From Candidatus Micrarchaeota archaeon (lineage in GTDB: Archaea; Micrarchaeota; Micrarchaeia; Norongarragalinales; Norongarragalinaceae), in the NCBI GenBank assembly GCA_016207165.1, contig JACQQD010000005.1, positions 31,871 through 95,870 on the forward strand: a DNA stretch of 64,000 bases, written 5' to 3'. The position numbers and the translations under genes are program-made. The notes beneath the pieces were generated by a model, which saw only the letters and a list, made by a program, of their open reading frames with translations, was not told where the DNA came from and did not search any database. Positions 27,423 to 37,230 of this stretch are shown piece after piece (the stretch's first letter is position 1; every line of letters begins with the position of its first letter).

Positions 27423-30092
27423 TCAGTCAACCGGGATAATTATCTGGGTTTCGCTGGACGGATCCCCTTGGCAGGCCATCTGGCCGTCTGGGCGCACGGT
27501 ACAAACTTGCTGATCCGTTGATTCAAAAAGAAGGGGTCGTGAGACCTCTTGAATGACCTGGGTTTTCACTTCATCCAAGAGCAGATCGGCCAAAGGTACG
27601 GACCAACTGAACGTGGCAAGACCGGAGAGCAGGAAAGCGGCGTCATACAGTTGTTCTGCGGAATTTTGCAAGATTTCAGTTCCATTCGCACTTATCCAAG
27701 CCCGGTGGGTTCCCAAGCCGAACACGCCGAAAATTTCAGAGCTGACTTTGGCATCGGTGCCCGCCTCGTTGATCGTGCAGTGCGGAAAAACCGTCTGACC
27801 GGTAGTGTACGTCTCTTCCCGACAGTGCCAGATTCCTTCCGGCGACTTCCAGCATGCCTGCGGATAGTACACCTCATAACTTGTCGGGTACGGACAGAAC
27901 CGCCACACGTAGGATTGTTCCTGCTTGTTTCCATCGGAATACTCAACATAGCGATAAGCCAAAATCGGCGTCACCGGACGCAGTAAATGGGTTACGGGTT
28001 CACCGTACTTGAAACGCCAGGCCGTGGTTCTGATGACATCCAAAGATTCTGGCAACGGGATGCCGGACGCACACGTCGTTCCCAAATCGGCCTGGCAACT
28101 CGTTGGAATGTCCGGAATCACGGACACGGGTTGAAACGTCATCCCGATTCTCGGCGTTTCCAGCTTCGCCAAAAAGTCGGCGGTTTGAGAAACCGGCATG
28201 AGTTCGCTGCAATTCTGGCCCATGCATATTTGGCAGACTTCATGCACGCACAGGAAATTGAAACGGTCGCTGGAAGTTTCTACGGGCAAAAACAACTTCG
28301 AGTCAACAGGAACCGGAGTCGGAGACGCCGTCGGCGTGGGTGAAGGGGAGGAAGAGGCGGTAGAGGCTCCGACAAAAAGGCCGCTTGCGTAATGGCTGAC
28401 CAGTTGCGAGTTGGTCAAGCTGGAAAGGCCAAGGCCCTCCGGCGGCACGACGGCAAGCGGGACTCCGAAGTTGTTTCCAAGTTCGGCCAGAGGAAAGCTT
28501 CCATCTGCCACCAAATTGTATTCAAACGCGAGCGAGTCCGGAAAGTCATACAGGTAAAACGCGGTGTTGGACGCGCCGCCCAAGGATTCAAGCCCAAACG
28601 AAGCGGGTTTTCCGGGTTCCAGCCACGACGCAGGCACCGTCACCCACACTACGCCCTCGCTGTAAACGTTTGAATCCCACCACTTGTTTTGGAGGTACAC
28701 GCGGCTTTCGTCGCCTTGAACCAAATTGGAGGAAATGGCGGGAAAACCTTCCAGAAGCGTGTGGCCGTTGAGCGTCAACCGGAACGGCGCGGAGTAGCCC
28801 GCCGGAACGCCCACGCCGGCGTAAAAGGCGAACGTCACGGTCCCGTTCGTGAAGTCTGTTGGAACGGCCTGCGTTTCCCAGAAAAACTTTTGTTGCGCGG
28901 CCAGCGGGTAAAACCAGTACGCGTGGCTCTCGCCTTGTGGGCCAGTCCGGTATCCTGAACCCCGGTTCACGTACCCCACGTTGGGCGTGTAGGTGGCGCG
29001 GGTGTATCCTTCCAATGCCTGAACCCGAAGGGGCACCGGTTCAAGAAAAACGGGGTCAGCCGGAGCGTTTTCAACAGCGGGCGCATACTTCAAGCGTACG
29101 GAGTAGGTCCTTCCAAGCCGGGTCAGGGCGGATCCGTCAAAGAAGAAATCGGTACTCAAGTCGGCCTGGTCAAAGGAAAGGAATCCGACGGATTGGCGCA
29201 TTTTTAGTCCTACCCACGCCGTGCCGGAAACGGAAACATTCGGTAGTGCGGCGTACTCCGTGTGCGGGACGCCGTTCACGGCGGCCGTTGAAGTGGCGTG
29301 CGCAAGCAAGGCGCCTGGTTTTCCGTCCTGGTCGGCCCAAACCGACACGTCCAGCACGTCCCCGTCCACGCCGCGGTCAAAGCCAACCAGCTCGACTTCC
29401 AGAAGTTGGACGGATGCGCCCAAATCCATTTTCTTGGCCAGCCAATAACCCGTTGGAATGATGTTGTCGGTGTAGATGTAAGAAGCGTTTTCGTTCTGCC
29501 AGGTTTCAGTAGCCATGACCGGCTTTGGCTTGGGCGTCGGGCTGAGCGTGGGCGACTCCCTGGGCAACGGCGTAGCCGTCGGAGACGGCTCCGGAGGCGG
29601 CAACAAAAATGCGAATTCGTCGTACTGCACGCGCACGCTGTACGTTCGGCCCAAGCGCGTCAAGGCATTGTTGCCTTCCCAGAAGAAATCGGTTCCAGAA
29701 TCGATGGCATCAAACCAAAGAAAGCCGACGGACTGCTGCATGCGAACGCCGACCCACACCGGGCCGTTGGCCGGAGCTGAAACCGGAACGGATTCCCAGT
29801 GGGCCTGGCCAGTCACGGAAACGGCTTTCGAAGCAGAAGCCAGAAGCGTCCCGGGTTTTCCTTGATCGTCTGCCCATACAAAAACGGAAACGACGTCCCC
29901 ATTCACGCCCCGGTCAAACCCGTAAAGCGAAATCTCGTTGAGCACCGCGGCCGAAGGAAAATCCACGTGTTTGACGAGCCAGTAACCCGTCGGGATGATG
30001 TTATCCGTGTAGGGACCCGACCCGTACTCGTTTTGCCATGTAGCGGCTCCCACAAAAACGAGCAGCACCAAGAAAAGAAAAAGCCACCGCAT
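27423..30092 (-). CDS. secreted protein with two tandem ~150-aa N-terminal domains and Pro/Thr/Ser linkers
   Basis: 889 aa with signal peptide MRWLFLFLVLLVFVGAA. A duplicated block reads TWQNE..YTDNIIPTGYW...GFDRGV.GDV..V.VWAD..GKPG.LLA...RLGRTYSVR. Confidence 0.8.
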   Translation of the reverse strand: MRWLFLFLVLLVFVGAATWQNEYGSGPYTDNIIPTGYWLVKHVDFPSAAVLNEISLYGFDRGVNGDVVSVFVWADDQGKPGTLLASASKAVSVTGQAHWESVPVSAPANGPVWVGVRMQQSVGFLWFDAIDSGTDFFWEGNNALTRLGRTYSVRVQYDEFAFLLPPPEPSPTATPLPRESPTLSPTPKPKPVMATETWQNENASYIYTDNIIPTGYWLAKKMDLGASVQLLEVELVGFDRGVDGDVLDVSVWADQDGKPGALLAHATSTAAVNGVPHTEYAALPNVSVSGTAWVGLKMRQSVGFLSFDQADLSTDFFFDGSALTRLGRTYSVRLKYAPAVENAPADPVFLEPVPLRVQALEGYTRATYTPNVGYVNRGSGYRTGPQGESHAYWFYPLAAQQKFFWETQAVPTDFTNGTVTFAFYAGVGVPAGYSAPFRLTLNGHTLLEGFPAISSNLVQGDESRVYLQNKWWDSNVYSEGVVWVTVPASWLEPGKPASFGLESLGGASNTAFYLYDFPDSLAFEYNLVADGSFPLAELGNNFGVPLAVVPPEGLGLSSLTNSQLVSHYASGLFVGASTASSSPSPTPTASPTPVPVDSKLFLPVETSSDRFNFLCVHEVCQICMGQNCSELMPVSQTADFLAKLETPRIGMTFQPVSVIPDIPTSCQADLGTTCASGIPLPESLDVIRTTAWRFKYGEPVTHLLRPVTPILAYRYVEYSDGNKQEQSYVWRFCPYPTSYEVYYPQACWKSPEGIWHCREETYTTGQTVFPHCTINEAGTDAKVSSEIFGVFGLGTHRAWISANGTEILQNSAEQLYDAAFLLSGLATFSWSVPLADLLLDEVKTQVIQEVSRPLLFESTDQQVCTVRPDGQMACQGDPSSETQIIIPVD

Positions 30093-30187
30093 ACACGCTC
30101 TCCCACCAATAGCCGGCGGAAAAACGCATTTATATTTTGTGACATAAAAGAAATAAATTATTAAGAAAAGACGTATTTGAGTACATT

Positions 30188-30829
30188 ATGACCAATATAC
30201 GCAACGAGGTTTGGAAGCGCATTGACGCCGACCCCTCCATTCAATTGGACTTGGAACGCGGCATCGTCAACGTGCGGGCCTTGGCTCGGCACTTCCAGGA
30301 CACGGGCGTTCCGGGAAGCAAGGAGGCCGTCATCTCCGCCATCCGAAGATACCCCCGCACGTCCGCCAAGTCGTGGTATGAAACGGCTCGAAGCATCGTC
30401 GCCCAGTCCCACGTCTCCACGAAAAGCCACATCGTCCTCATCGAATTAAGCAAAGGCGGGGAAGTGCAAGACATCCTGGCGGAGCTGTTTGACCTCGTGC
30501 GCTACGAAAAGGGGGAGACGCTGCGCATCGTCCAAGGCGAGGAATCCATTCGGTTGCTGGTGGATGAAAAGAACCGCGAAAAGATGCTGGAAAAAATACC
30601 GGAAAAAAGCGTGCTGAACGTCTACAGGGACTTAGCGGAAATCAACGTGCATTTGCATCCCCAAGGGGCCAAAACCCCGGGCATCGTGTACGTGATCAGC
30701 GGCGAGTTGGCGCGCCACCACATCAACATGTATGAAATGCTGGGCGGGGCACCGGAAATCCTGATTTTCGTCGAGGAAAAAAAGTTGATGGCGGCGTACA
30801 ACGCCTTGTTCGAGTTGTGCCACCAATAA
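30188..30829 (+). CDS. hypothetical protein, possibly with a C-terminal ACT-like regulatory domain
   Basis: 213-aa ORF. The ACT-like assignment is by general resemblance only. Confidence 0.45.
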   Translation: MTNIRNEVWKRIDADPSIQLDLERGIVNVRALARHFQDTGVPGSKEAVISAIRRYPRTSAKSWYETARSIVAQSHVSTKSHIVLIELSKGGEVQDILAELFDLVRYEKGETLRIVQGEESIRLLVDEKNREKMLEKIPEKSVLNVYRDLAEINVHLHPQGAKTPGIVYVISGELARHHINMYEMLGGAPEILIFVEEKKLMAAYNALFELCHQ

Positions 30830-30831
30830 AT

Positions 30832-32190
30832 CTAAATGATTTTTTCGCCGGAGTCCTTCTTGACCAAATGAATGACGTTCACGGGGCAGGACTGGGCGGC
30901 TTCCATGTTCGTGTCGAAATCTTGGTCCTGGATGTCCAACTCTTCCGTTTCGTCATCCATCTTCTTTCCGCCGACGACATCGCTTTTCCCGTCGTCATTC
31001 ATCGTCCAGAAATCCGGGGAAACGCCCGCGCATGCCGCGCAGTTGTGCACGATGCCGGCCGAGGTGCAGTAATCCTCGATTCCAGCGACTTCCAGGTTGT
31101 AGACGACTCCGGAATAGGGCGTTTCAATGACGTCCATTATAGGAAGCAAAAGCCGCGATTCGGTTTGAATCGAGTTAATTTTTAGTGCGGAAGCGGTTTT
31201 AGCGGTTTGGCCGTTGACCAACGCCTCCAGGTGGGCTACGTACGGATTGCATACTTTTGGTTTGAACGAAGGCCTGTGGCCCGGGCGCGGTTTGGATTGC
31301 TCCATGGAGCTGACGATGTCCTGACGGAGCAAAAGCAATTTCATTTGTTCGGCAAGCCGGCGGGAAATGGTGCTGTATTGCGCACGGTTAGAACCAATCC
31401 AGCCGTCCCCACGCCAAAGACCCTTAATCAAGTCCCTTTGAACCCATGGCTCCGCCAACATCATTTCAGCAGGAACGTGCTTGTTTTGCGCTCCATGACC
31501 AAACCATTCAACAAAGGCTTTGGCAATCAACGAAGAGTTTGCCAAGACAGTAATGGTGTTCTTTCGGGGTATTCGCCGAATCGTTGCCTTCAATCCAAAC
31601 ACGTGGTCCAAGAGTTGCGCCGTATCCTGGGCCAATTCCATTTCCTTGCTCCCAAAAGTGAAAAGAATCTGCCGACAATACACGGTTTCCGGTTTTCCAA
31701 TGGTATTTCCTTCCGACACGTAGTAACCCGCCAACCGGAAGAATTCAGGCGTAAACGCTACCGTTTTCTGTTTCAACCCGTTTCTGGAGGCGGTTGAAAA
31801 CGTCAAGAAGTTCACGGACGCCGACCTAACGGGCTTGGGATAAGTCACGTAATCGAGTTTCTTGAGGTTGCCTGCCTCCGTCCACTCAAATTCAAACGGC
31901 GCCCGGTTATGCTCGTATTTGGACTTCCGGCGGACAACGAGCACTTTGTGTTCTTCGGTGATGTGAATGGAACCCATGGAACGGATTTTCAGTTCAAAAA
32001 TGCGGCCCACGTGTTTGTGGGCCATGACGCCGGTGACAGCTTGATACGATCCGTTCGAGGTAAGCACCAAATCTCCTACCTTGATTTCCGAAATGGGTTT
32101 GGCGCCATATGGACCAACGATTAGCGTATCGGGAGTCAAGCACCCAATGCAGTTTGGCCGGTCGTGTTGAATCTTGTAGCCCATAGGCAT
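30832..32190 (-). CDS. small [4Fe-4S]/[3Fe-4S] ferredoxin (Pyrococcus type) interrupted by an intein
   Basis: The exteins MPMGYKIQHDRPNCIG + CAACAGVSPDFWTMNDDGK...AAQSCPVNVIHL rebuild a CxxCxxC...CP ferredoxin. Confidence 0.85.
   Translation of the reverse strand: MPMGYKIQHDRPNCIGCLTPDTLIVGPYGAKPISEIKVGDLVLTSNGSYQAVTGVMAHKHVGRIFELKIRSMGSIHITEEHKVLVVRRKSKYEHNRAPFEFEWTEAGNLKKLDYVTYPKPVRSASVNFLTFSTASRNGLKQKTVAFTPEFFRLAGYYVSEGNTIGKPETVYCRQILFTFGSKEMELAQDTAQLLDHVFGLKATIRRIPRKNTITVLANSSLIAKAFVEWFGHGAQNKHVPAEMMLAEPWVQRDLIKGLWRGDGWIGSNRAQYSTISRRLAEQMKLLLLRQDIVSSMEQSKPRPGHRPSFKPKVCNPYVAHLEALVNGQTAKTASALKINSIQTESRLLLPIMDVIETPYSGVVYNLEVAGIEDYCTSAGIVHNCAACAGVSPDFWTMNDDGKSDVVGGKKMDDETEELDIQDQDFDTNMEAAQSCPVNVIHLVKKDSGEKII
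31042..32142 (-). mobile_element. 367-aa intein with a LAGLIDADG homing-endonuclease domain
   Basis: Block A is CLTPDTLIV, block B is SIHITEEHKVLV, the LAGLIDADG motifs are FFRLAGYYVSEGN and LIKGLWRGDGWIG, and the terminal block VVYNLEVAG...SAGIVHN is followed by a +1 Cys. Confidence 0.8.
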
Positions 32191-32204
32191 TCACTTAACA
32201 ATAG

Positions 32205-33668
32205 TTAATTGTCGTTGGCTTTCTTAAATGCGTTGCGGTTGGAAAGAACGCCCAACAGCAACCGCACGCCAAAACCGGTGGCTCCAGAGGCTAAATAAGG
32301 TTTTGGGCTGGTGTTCCAAGCCATGCCGGCAATGTCCATGTGTGCCCAAGAACCGGAGACGAATTGCTTCAAAAACGCGGCGGCGGTAGACGCGCCGGCA
32401 TAGCCTTTGGGGTGGCCCACGTTTTTCACGTCGGCAAACTCGCCTTTGATTTGGTCTTCGAATTCCTGGACAGGCAACCGCCAAACCAAGTCACCGCTTT
32501 GCTTGGAAGCATGCTCGACTTGCTTCAAAAATTCGTCGTCGTTTCCAAACAATCCCGCGAATTGCTCGCCCAAGGCAATGCAACAGGCACCGGTAAGCGT
32601 CGCCAAGTCAACGACGTGTTCCGGCTCGTACTGGGAATGCACGTAATGCAGGGCGTCAGCCAGGACCAGTCTTCCTTCCGCGTCGGTGTTAAGCACTTCA
32701 ATGGATTTGCCGGACAACGAGGAAACGATGTCCCCCGGCCGATACGATGAACCCGACGGCATGTTTTCGGCAAACGCGACCACGCCCACCACGTTGCCCT
32801 TGATTTTCAGGGCACTCAAGGCGCTCATGGCCCCCAGCACCGCGCAGGCACCGGACTTGTCGTACTTCATTTTGTCCATGTCCGCGGACGGCTTAATGGA
32901 GATGCCGCCGGAATCAAACGTAATGCCTTTGCCGACCAATGCAAACCAGGGGTCCTTCTTGGATCCACCGGCGTATTCCAACACCACAAGCCGCGGCGGG
33001 TTCAAACTTCCCTGCCCTACGGCCAAAAGCGCGTGGAAACCCTTCTTTTTGAGGGTCTTTTCATCCAGCACCGTGACTTTGAGTTTGGCGTTGCGGCCCA
33101 TTTTCCGGGCTTGCTCGGCCATGTATGCGGGGGTGGCGACGTTGCCGGGCTGATTGTTGACGTCTCGCGCCCAAAGCACCGCGTCGCTTACGACCAAACC
33201 GCTTCGAAGTGCCGCATGCGCACGCTCGTCCTTGGCCACCAAAACGACTTTCTCCAGCAACGCGTCTTTGGCTTTCTCCGTCTTGAAAACATCAAATCGG
33301 TATGCCGCGTCCCGCAACCCCTGGACCGCGAAAGAAACGCACGCCGAATCCAAGTGCGTGACATCCACGGCCACCGCTTTCGCGCCAAACCGCTTCAAAA
33401 CAGGGTAGGCGGCCCCAATAGCTCGCATGAACTGGTGGGGCAAAAACGCGTCTTTAGGGCCCAAACCAATGAAAACGGCTTGCTGGAAATCGTACGTCTG
33501 TCCGGGTTTGCCCTCGAAGAGTTTGCGCTTCTTGGCATCCGTTAGCGCGTGCTGGAGCTTGGCTGGAAGTCCAGAGTCGGATTGGTCTTGGAAACGCGGG
33601 ACAATTCGGGCGTCAGCGTGCACGCTGTAAAACGAGGCGATTTGCACCTTGAAATCCATATGAAGCAT
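32205..33668 (-). CDS. pepA: M17 leucyl aminopeptidase
   Basis: Contains VGKGITFDSGG and the NTDAEGRLVLADAL signature. The start was trimmed to M at 33668 or 33659 because the upstream part overlaps the divergent gene. Confidence 0.9.
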   Translation of the reverse strand: MLHMDFKVQIASFYSVHADARIVPRFQDQSDSGLPAKLQHALTDAKKRKLFEGKPGQTYDFQQAVFIGLGPKDAFLPHQFMRAIGAAYPVLKRFGAKAVAVDVTHLDSACVSFAVQGLRDAAYRFDVFKTEKAKDALLEKVVLVAKDERAHAALRSGLVVSDAVLWARDVNNQPGNVATPAYMAEQARKMGRNAKLKVTVLDEKTLKKKGFHALLAVGQGSLNPPRLVVLEYAGGSKKDPWFALVGKGITFDSGGISIKPSADMDKMKYDKSGACAVLGAMSALSALKIKGNVVGVVAFAENMPSGSSYRPGDIVSSLSGKSIEVLNTDAEGRLVLADALHYVHSQYEPEHVVDLATLTGACCIALGEQFAGLFGNDDEFLKQVEHASKQSGDLVWRLPVQEFEDQIKGEFADVKNVGHPKGYAGASTAAAFLKQFVSGSWAHMDIAGMAWNTSPKPYLASGATGFGVRLLLGVLSNRNAFKKANDN

Positions 33669-33765
33669 TGCAACGATTTCACCCGCTTTAAGGGTTTCGG
33701 CCCCAAAAAGCGCAATTTTTAAAACCTCCAACACCATTAAAATAACGATTGTTAAGGCGAAGGAC

Positions 33766-34332
33766 ATGAGCGTACAAACCGTTTCCAAGGACATGACCAT
33801 CGGCGAAGTCGTCCAGTCCCACCCCGAAGCCGTGGACGTCATGTTGAGCCGGGGCTTTCACTGCGTGGGTTGCCACGTGTCGCCGTACGAGACCATCGAA
33901 CAAGGCGCCCGAGGCCACGGCATGTCCGAGGCGGACGTGGATGACTTGATTGCGGAGATCAACGCCAAAATCCAGGACAACCCCGTAGTCGTCAAGCCGC
34001 CGGAACAGCAAGGCGTCGAGTTGACCGACGAGGCCGCGGACAAAATCAAGTCCCTCATGCAAAAAGAAGGCAAAACCGGTTTCGGTCTTCGCATTTCCGT
34101 GGTCGGCGGCGGCTGTGCCGGAAACTCGTACGAAATGGATTTCGACAACCCGAACCCGCAAAACGACCGCGTGTTTGAAACGCACGGCGTCAAAGTATTC
34201 TACAACAACTTGTACCACGACCAAATCCGTGGCACGCAAATCCACTACCGCGACAGCCTCCAAGGCGGCGGTTTCGTCATGCGCAACCCCAACGCCAAAG
34301 CCTCGTGCGGCTGCGGCAACAGCTTCTCGTAA
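33766..34332 (+). CDS. fusion of a DUF1858-like redox-disulfide domain and an IscA/HesB-type Fe-S assembly domain
   Basis: The N-terminus reads MTIGEVVQSHPEAVDVMLSRGFHCVGCHVS. The C-terminus reads GLRISVVGGGCAGNSYEM...NPNAKASCGCGNSF. Confidence 0.8.
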   Translation: MSVQTVSKDMTIGEVVQSHPEAVDVMLSRGFHCVGCHVSPYETIEQGARGHGMSEADVDDLIAEINAKIQDNPVVVKPPEQQGVELTDEAADKIKSLMQKEGKTGFGLRISVVGGGCAGNSYEMDFDNPNPQNDRVFETHGVKVFYNNLYHDQIRGTQIHYRDSLQGGGFVMRNPNAKASCGCGNSFS

Positions 34333-34700
34333 TGCCTTCCATCGCCATCATCGGCGCGTCCAACCACCCCGACAAGTTCGGCTACAAAGCCGTCAAAGCG
34401 TACCTGGACAAAGGCTGGACCGTATATCCGGTCAACCCCAAGGAATCCGACATCTTGGGCACGCGCTGTTACTCCACCATCCAAACGGTTCCAGGCGTGC
34501 CGGACTTCGCGTCGCTATACATTCCCCCGGCCGTGGCGCTCAATGTGCTGGAGGACATCGCCAGAAAAGGCGTGAAAAAAGTGTACTTCAACCCCGGCAC
34601 GGAAAGCGGGCCAGCGCTTTCCAAAGCCAAGTCGCTGGGCTTGGAACCCATTGCCGCGTGCAGCATAAGGGCAATCGGCTACGACCCCAACGTGTTGTAA
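34332..34700 (+). CDS. CoA-binding domain protein
   Basis: Contains MPSIAIIGASNHPDKFGYKA...VYPVNP. The ATG overlaps the upstream stop (TAATG). Confidence 0.7.
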   Translation: MPSIAIIGASNHPDKFGYKAVKAYLDKGWTVYPVNPKESDILGTRCYSTIQTVPGVPDFASLYIPPAVALNVLEDIARKGVKKVYFNPGTESGPALSKAKSLGLEPIAACSIRAIGYDPNVL

Positions 34701-34857
34701 ATCCGGTAGCCAAATAATACCATTCAAACAAAGGGAAAAACGTGAGAAAAAAAACCAAAGCGAGCCTTACCGAATTTAAAGGCATCTACACCGAAACGCA
34801 GGCAAAAGAACTCGAAAAAAACATTGAAGAGATTCGAAGAAAGGCGAAAATAAGAAC

Positions 34858-35298
34858 ATGGCCGTATTAGAACCCGGACAGAAACCCCCCGAATTTTCCT
34901 TGAAAGACCAGAACGGAAAAACGCGGACCGAACGCGACCACGAGAAACTGATCCTGTACTTCTACCCCAAGGACTTCACGCCCGGCTGCACCATCCAAAT
35001 CCAGGATTTTTCCAAATTGTACGACCAATTCAAGGCCAAGGGGTACGAGATTTACGGCGTGAGTCCGGACTCCCAAGAAAGCCACCAAAAGTTCTGCGAT
35101 GCCTACAAGACGCCCTACGCGTTGCTTTCAGACCCCGACGCCAACGTGGCAAAAGCCTATGGGGCCTGGGGCAACAAGGGCGTCTTCGGCGAAGGATTGC
35201 TCAGAAGCACGTTCGTCATTGAAAGCGGCGTCCTGATCCAGGCGCATTACCGCGTCAACGCGTTGGCGCACGCCGACGCGCTGCTCAAGTCATTGTAA
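34858..35298 (+). CDS. bcp: peroxiredoxin, Bcp type
   Basis: 146 aa with LYFYPKDFTPGCTIQ. Confidence 0.9.
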   Translation: MAVLEPGQKPPEFSLKDQNGKTRTERDHEKLILYFYPKDFTPGCTIQIQDFSKLYDQFKAKGYEIYGVSPDSQESHQKFCDAYKTPYALLSDPDANVAKAYGAWGNKGVFGEGLLRSTFVIESGVLIQAHYRVNALAHADALLKSL

Positions 35299-35310
35299 GG
35301 CGGTCAAACC

Positions 35311-35823
35311 ATGAAGGCATTTGTATTTTTGGAAAACGAGTTCCAGGACGCGGAAGTGCTCTACCCGTACTACCGCCTCCAGGAAGCCGGATTTGACGTC
35401 GTGTGCGTGGCACCGGAAAAAAAGGCGTACCACGGAAAATACGGGTGCCCCTTCGACGCCGATGCGACCGCTGAGGAAGTCAAAAACGAGTTGGCGGACG
35501 TCGTCGTGATTCCCGGAGGCTGGGCTCCGGATCGCTTGCGTCGGCATAACGCTGTCCTGGATTTGGTCAGGAAACACGTGGACGCCGGAAAAACCGTGGC
35601 GTCCATCTGCCACGGCGCGTGGGTTTTGGTCTCCGCCGGCGTGCTGAAAGGCAGAACCGTGACGTGCTACGACGCCATCCAAGACGACGTCAAAAACGCC
35701 GGCGCCCGTTACGTGGACCAAGAAGTTTGCGTGGACGGCAACTTGGTCACGTCAAGAAAGCCATCGGACTTGCCGGCATTCTGCCGGGAAATCCTGAAGT
35801 TGGCTGGACGCGAGGGAACCTAA
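35311..35823 (+). CDS. DJ-1/PfpI-family protein
   Basis: 170 aa with VVVIPGGWAP and the nucleophile elbow ASICHGAWVL. Confidence 0.85.
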   Translation: MKAFVFLENEFQDAEVLYPYYRLQEAGFDVVCVAPEKKAYHGKYGCPFDADATAEEVKNELADVVVIPGGWAPDRLRRHNAVLDLVRKHVDAGKTVASICHGAWVLVSAGVLKGRTVTCYDAIQDDVKNAGARYVDQEVCVDGNLVTSRKPSDLPAFCREILKLAGREGT

Positions 35824-35870
35824 AATCTTATAATCCGTTAACGATAGTGAAGTAAGTTGAGGTGTAACGA

Positions 35871-36473
35871 ATGTTTGAATTGCCAAAGCTTCCTTATGAT
35901 TACAACGCGTTGGAGCCGTACATTGACGCGGAAACCATGCAACTGCATCACACCAAGCACCACCAGGCCTACATCAACAACGCCAACAAGGCGCTGGAGG
36001 GCACCGAGTTCGCAAACAAATCCGTGGAAGAACTGCTTTCCGACTTGTCCAAGGTGCCGCAAGACAAGCGCAACGCGGTGCGCAACCACGGCGGCGGCCA
36101 CTACAATCACAGCCTTTTTTGGAAAATGATGAAGCCCGGAGGCGGCGAGCCCTCCGGCGAATTGGCCGAAGCGATTAAGTCCAAGTTCGGCGGTTTCGAC
36201 AAGTTCCAAGAACAGTTTTCCGCCAAAGCCATGGGCCAATTCGGCTCGGGCTGGGGCTGGCTGGCGTCCAACAACGGGGAATTGGAAATTTTGTCCACCG
36301 CCAACCAAGACACGCCGTTGAGCGAAGGCAAGACGCCAATCCTGGGCGTCGACGTCTGGGAACACGCGTACTACAAAAAATTTGGTCCCGCCCGCGCCGA
36401 GTACATCAAGGCGTGGTGGAACGTCGTCAACTGGGGCTTTGTCGAAGAATTGTTCGCCAAGTCCAAAGGCTGA
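35871..36473 (+). CDS. sod: Fe/Mn superoxide dismutase
   Basis: 200 aa with [25 protein letters not shown] and DVWEHAYY. Confidence 0.95.
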   Translation: MFELPKLPYDYNALEPYIDAETMQLHHTKHHQAYINNANKALEGTEFANKSVEELLSDLSKVPQDKRNAVRNHGGGHYNHSLFWKMMKPGGGEPSGELAEAIKSKFGGFDKFQEQFSAKAMGQFGSGWGWLASNNGELEILSTANQDTPLSEGKTPILGVDVWEHAYYKKFGPARAEYIKAWWNVVNWGFVEELFAKSKG

Positions 36474-36538
36474 TTGCCTGGGCATCGGCCAACCTTTTCC
36501 TTTTTTCATTTTGCCCTCTCAGGTTCGTGACGTAACGC

Positions 36539-36919
36539 ATGAAGTCTTTCTCCGTTCAAACCCAAAAGAAGCTTGACGTTTTGGACATCACGGATTCAGT
36601 CGAGAAGCAAGTCACCACGGACGCCAAACTGTTGCACGTCTTCTGCCCGCATACCACGTGTGCGGTGGTCGTGAACGAATTCGAGTCGCGTTTGGCCGAA
36701 GACTTTGTTTCCCTGGCCAAGGAGTGGTACGGAAAGAAGTGGAAGCATGACGCGTCGGACGGCAATGCGGCCGCGCACCTGCTTTCAAGCCAACTGGGTT
36801 CCGGCGCGACGCTCATCGTCCAAAATGGAAAAATCCAGTTGGGCACCTGGCAACGCATTTTGTTGTTGGAGTTAGACGGGCCACGCCAAAGAGACGTCTG
36901 GGTCCAGGAAATCCGGTAA
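36539..36919 (+). CDS. YjbQ/UPF0047-family protein
   Basis: 126 aa with LDITD...HTTCAVVVNE...NAAAHL...GTWQRILLLELDGPR. Confidence 0.8.
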   Translation: MKSFSVQTQKKLDVLDITDSVEKQVTTDAKLLHVFCPHTTCAVVVNEFESRLAEDFVSLAKEWYGKKWKHDASDGNAAAHLLSSQLGSGATLIVQNGKIQLGTWQRILLLELDGPRQRDVWVQEIR

Positions 36920-37102
36920 AATGGAAAAGGCGGAAAAAAAGGGAAGCGAAAAAACCGGGAACGAAACGCCAAGGAAAAAAAACCTGAAAGCCAAACCGAA
37001 TCCTTGAAAATCATCCACAACCGCAGCCCGGGCCCATACGATGCAACACCTCTGGACGATACGTGTAAGGCCGAGTTAAAAGGATTGGGTTGAATTCACG
37101 GC

Positions 37103-37200
37103 ATTACAGCAAGACCGGCAAATTTCACGACGAATAGGCCGGTCTTGCTGTCTAGCAAACGGCGCGAAAGTTCCGGGAAACTTTCGCGGTTTGCTATAGG
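37103..37200 (+). repeat. double-hairpin module, copy 1
   Basis: The module reads ACAGCAAGACCGGC-loop-GCCGGTCTTGCTGT, then CTAGCAAACGGCGCGAAAGTT...AACTTTCGCGGTTTGCTATAG. The first loop carries GCAAATTTCACGACGAATAGGC (37118-37139). Confidence 0.65.
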
Positions 37201-37230
37201 CTTATTAGCACATTGGCCGTAAGCCCATGC

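Noticed and set aside
34742-34870. 42-aa ORF (VRKKTKASLTEFKGIYTETQAKELEKNIEEIRRKAKIRTWPY) resembling the C-terminal half of archaeal VapB-like antitoxins.
   Set aside because: It is very short, starts with GTG, overlaps the bcp start and has no partner toxin. Support is insufficient.
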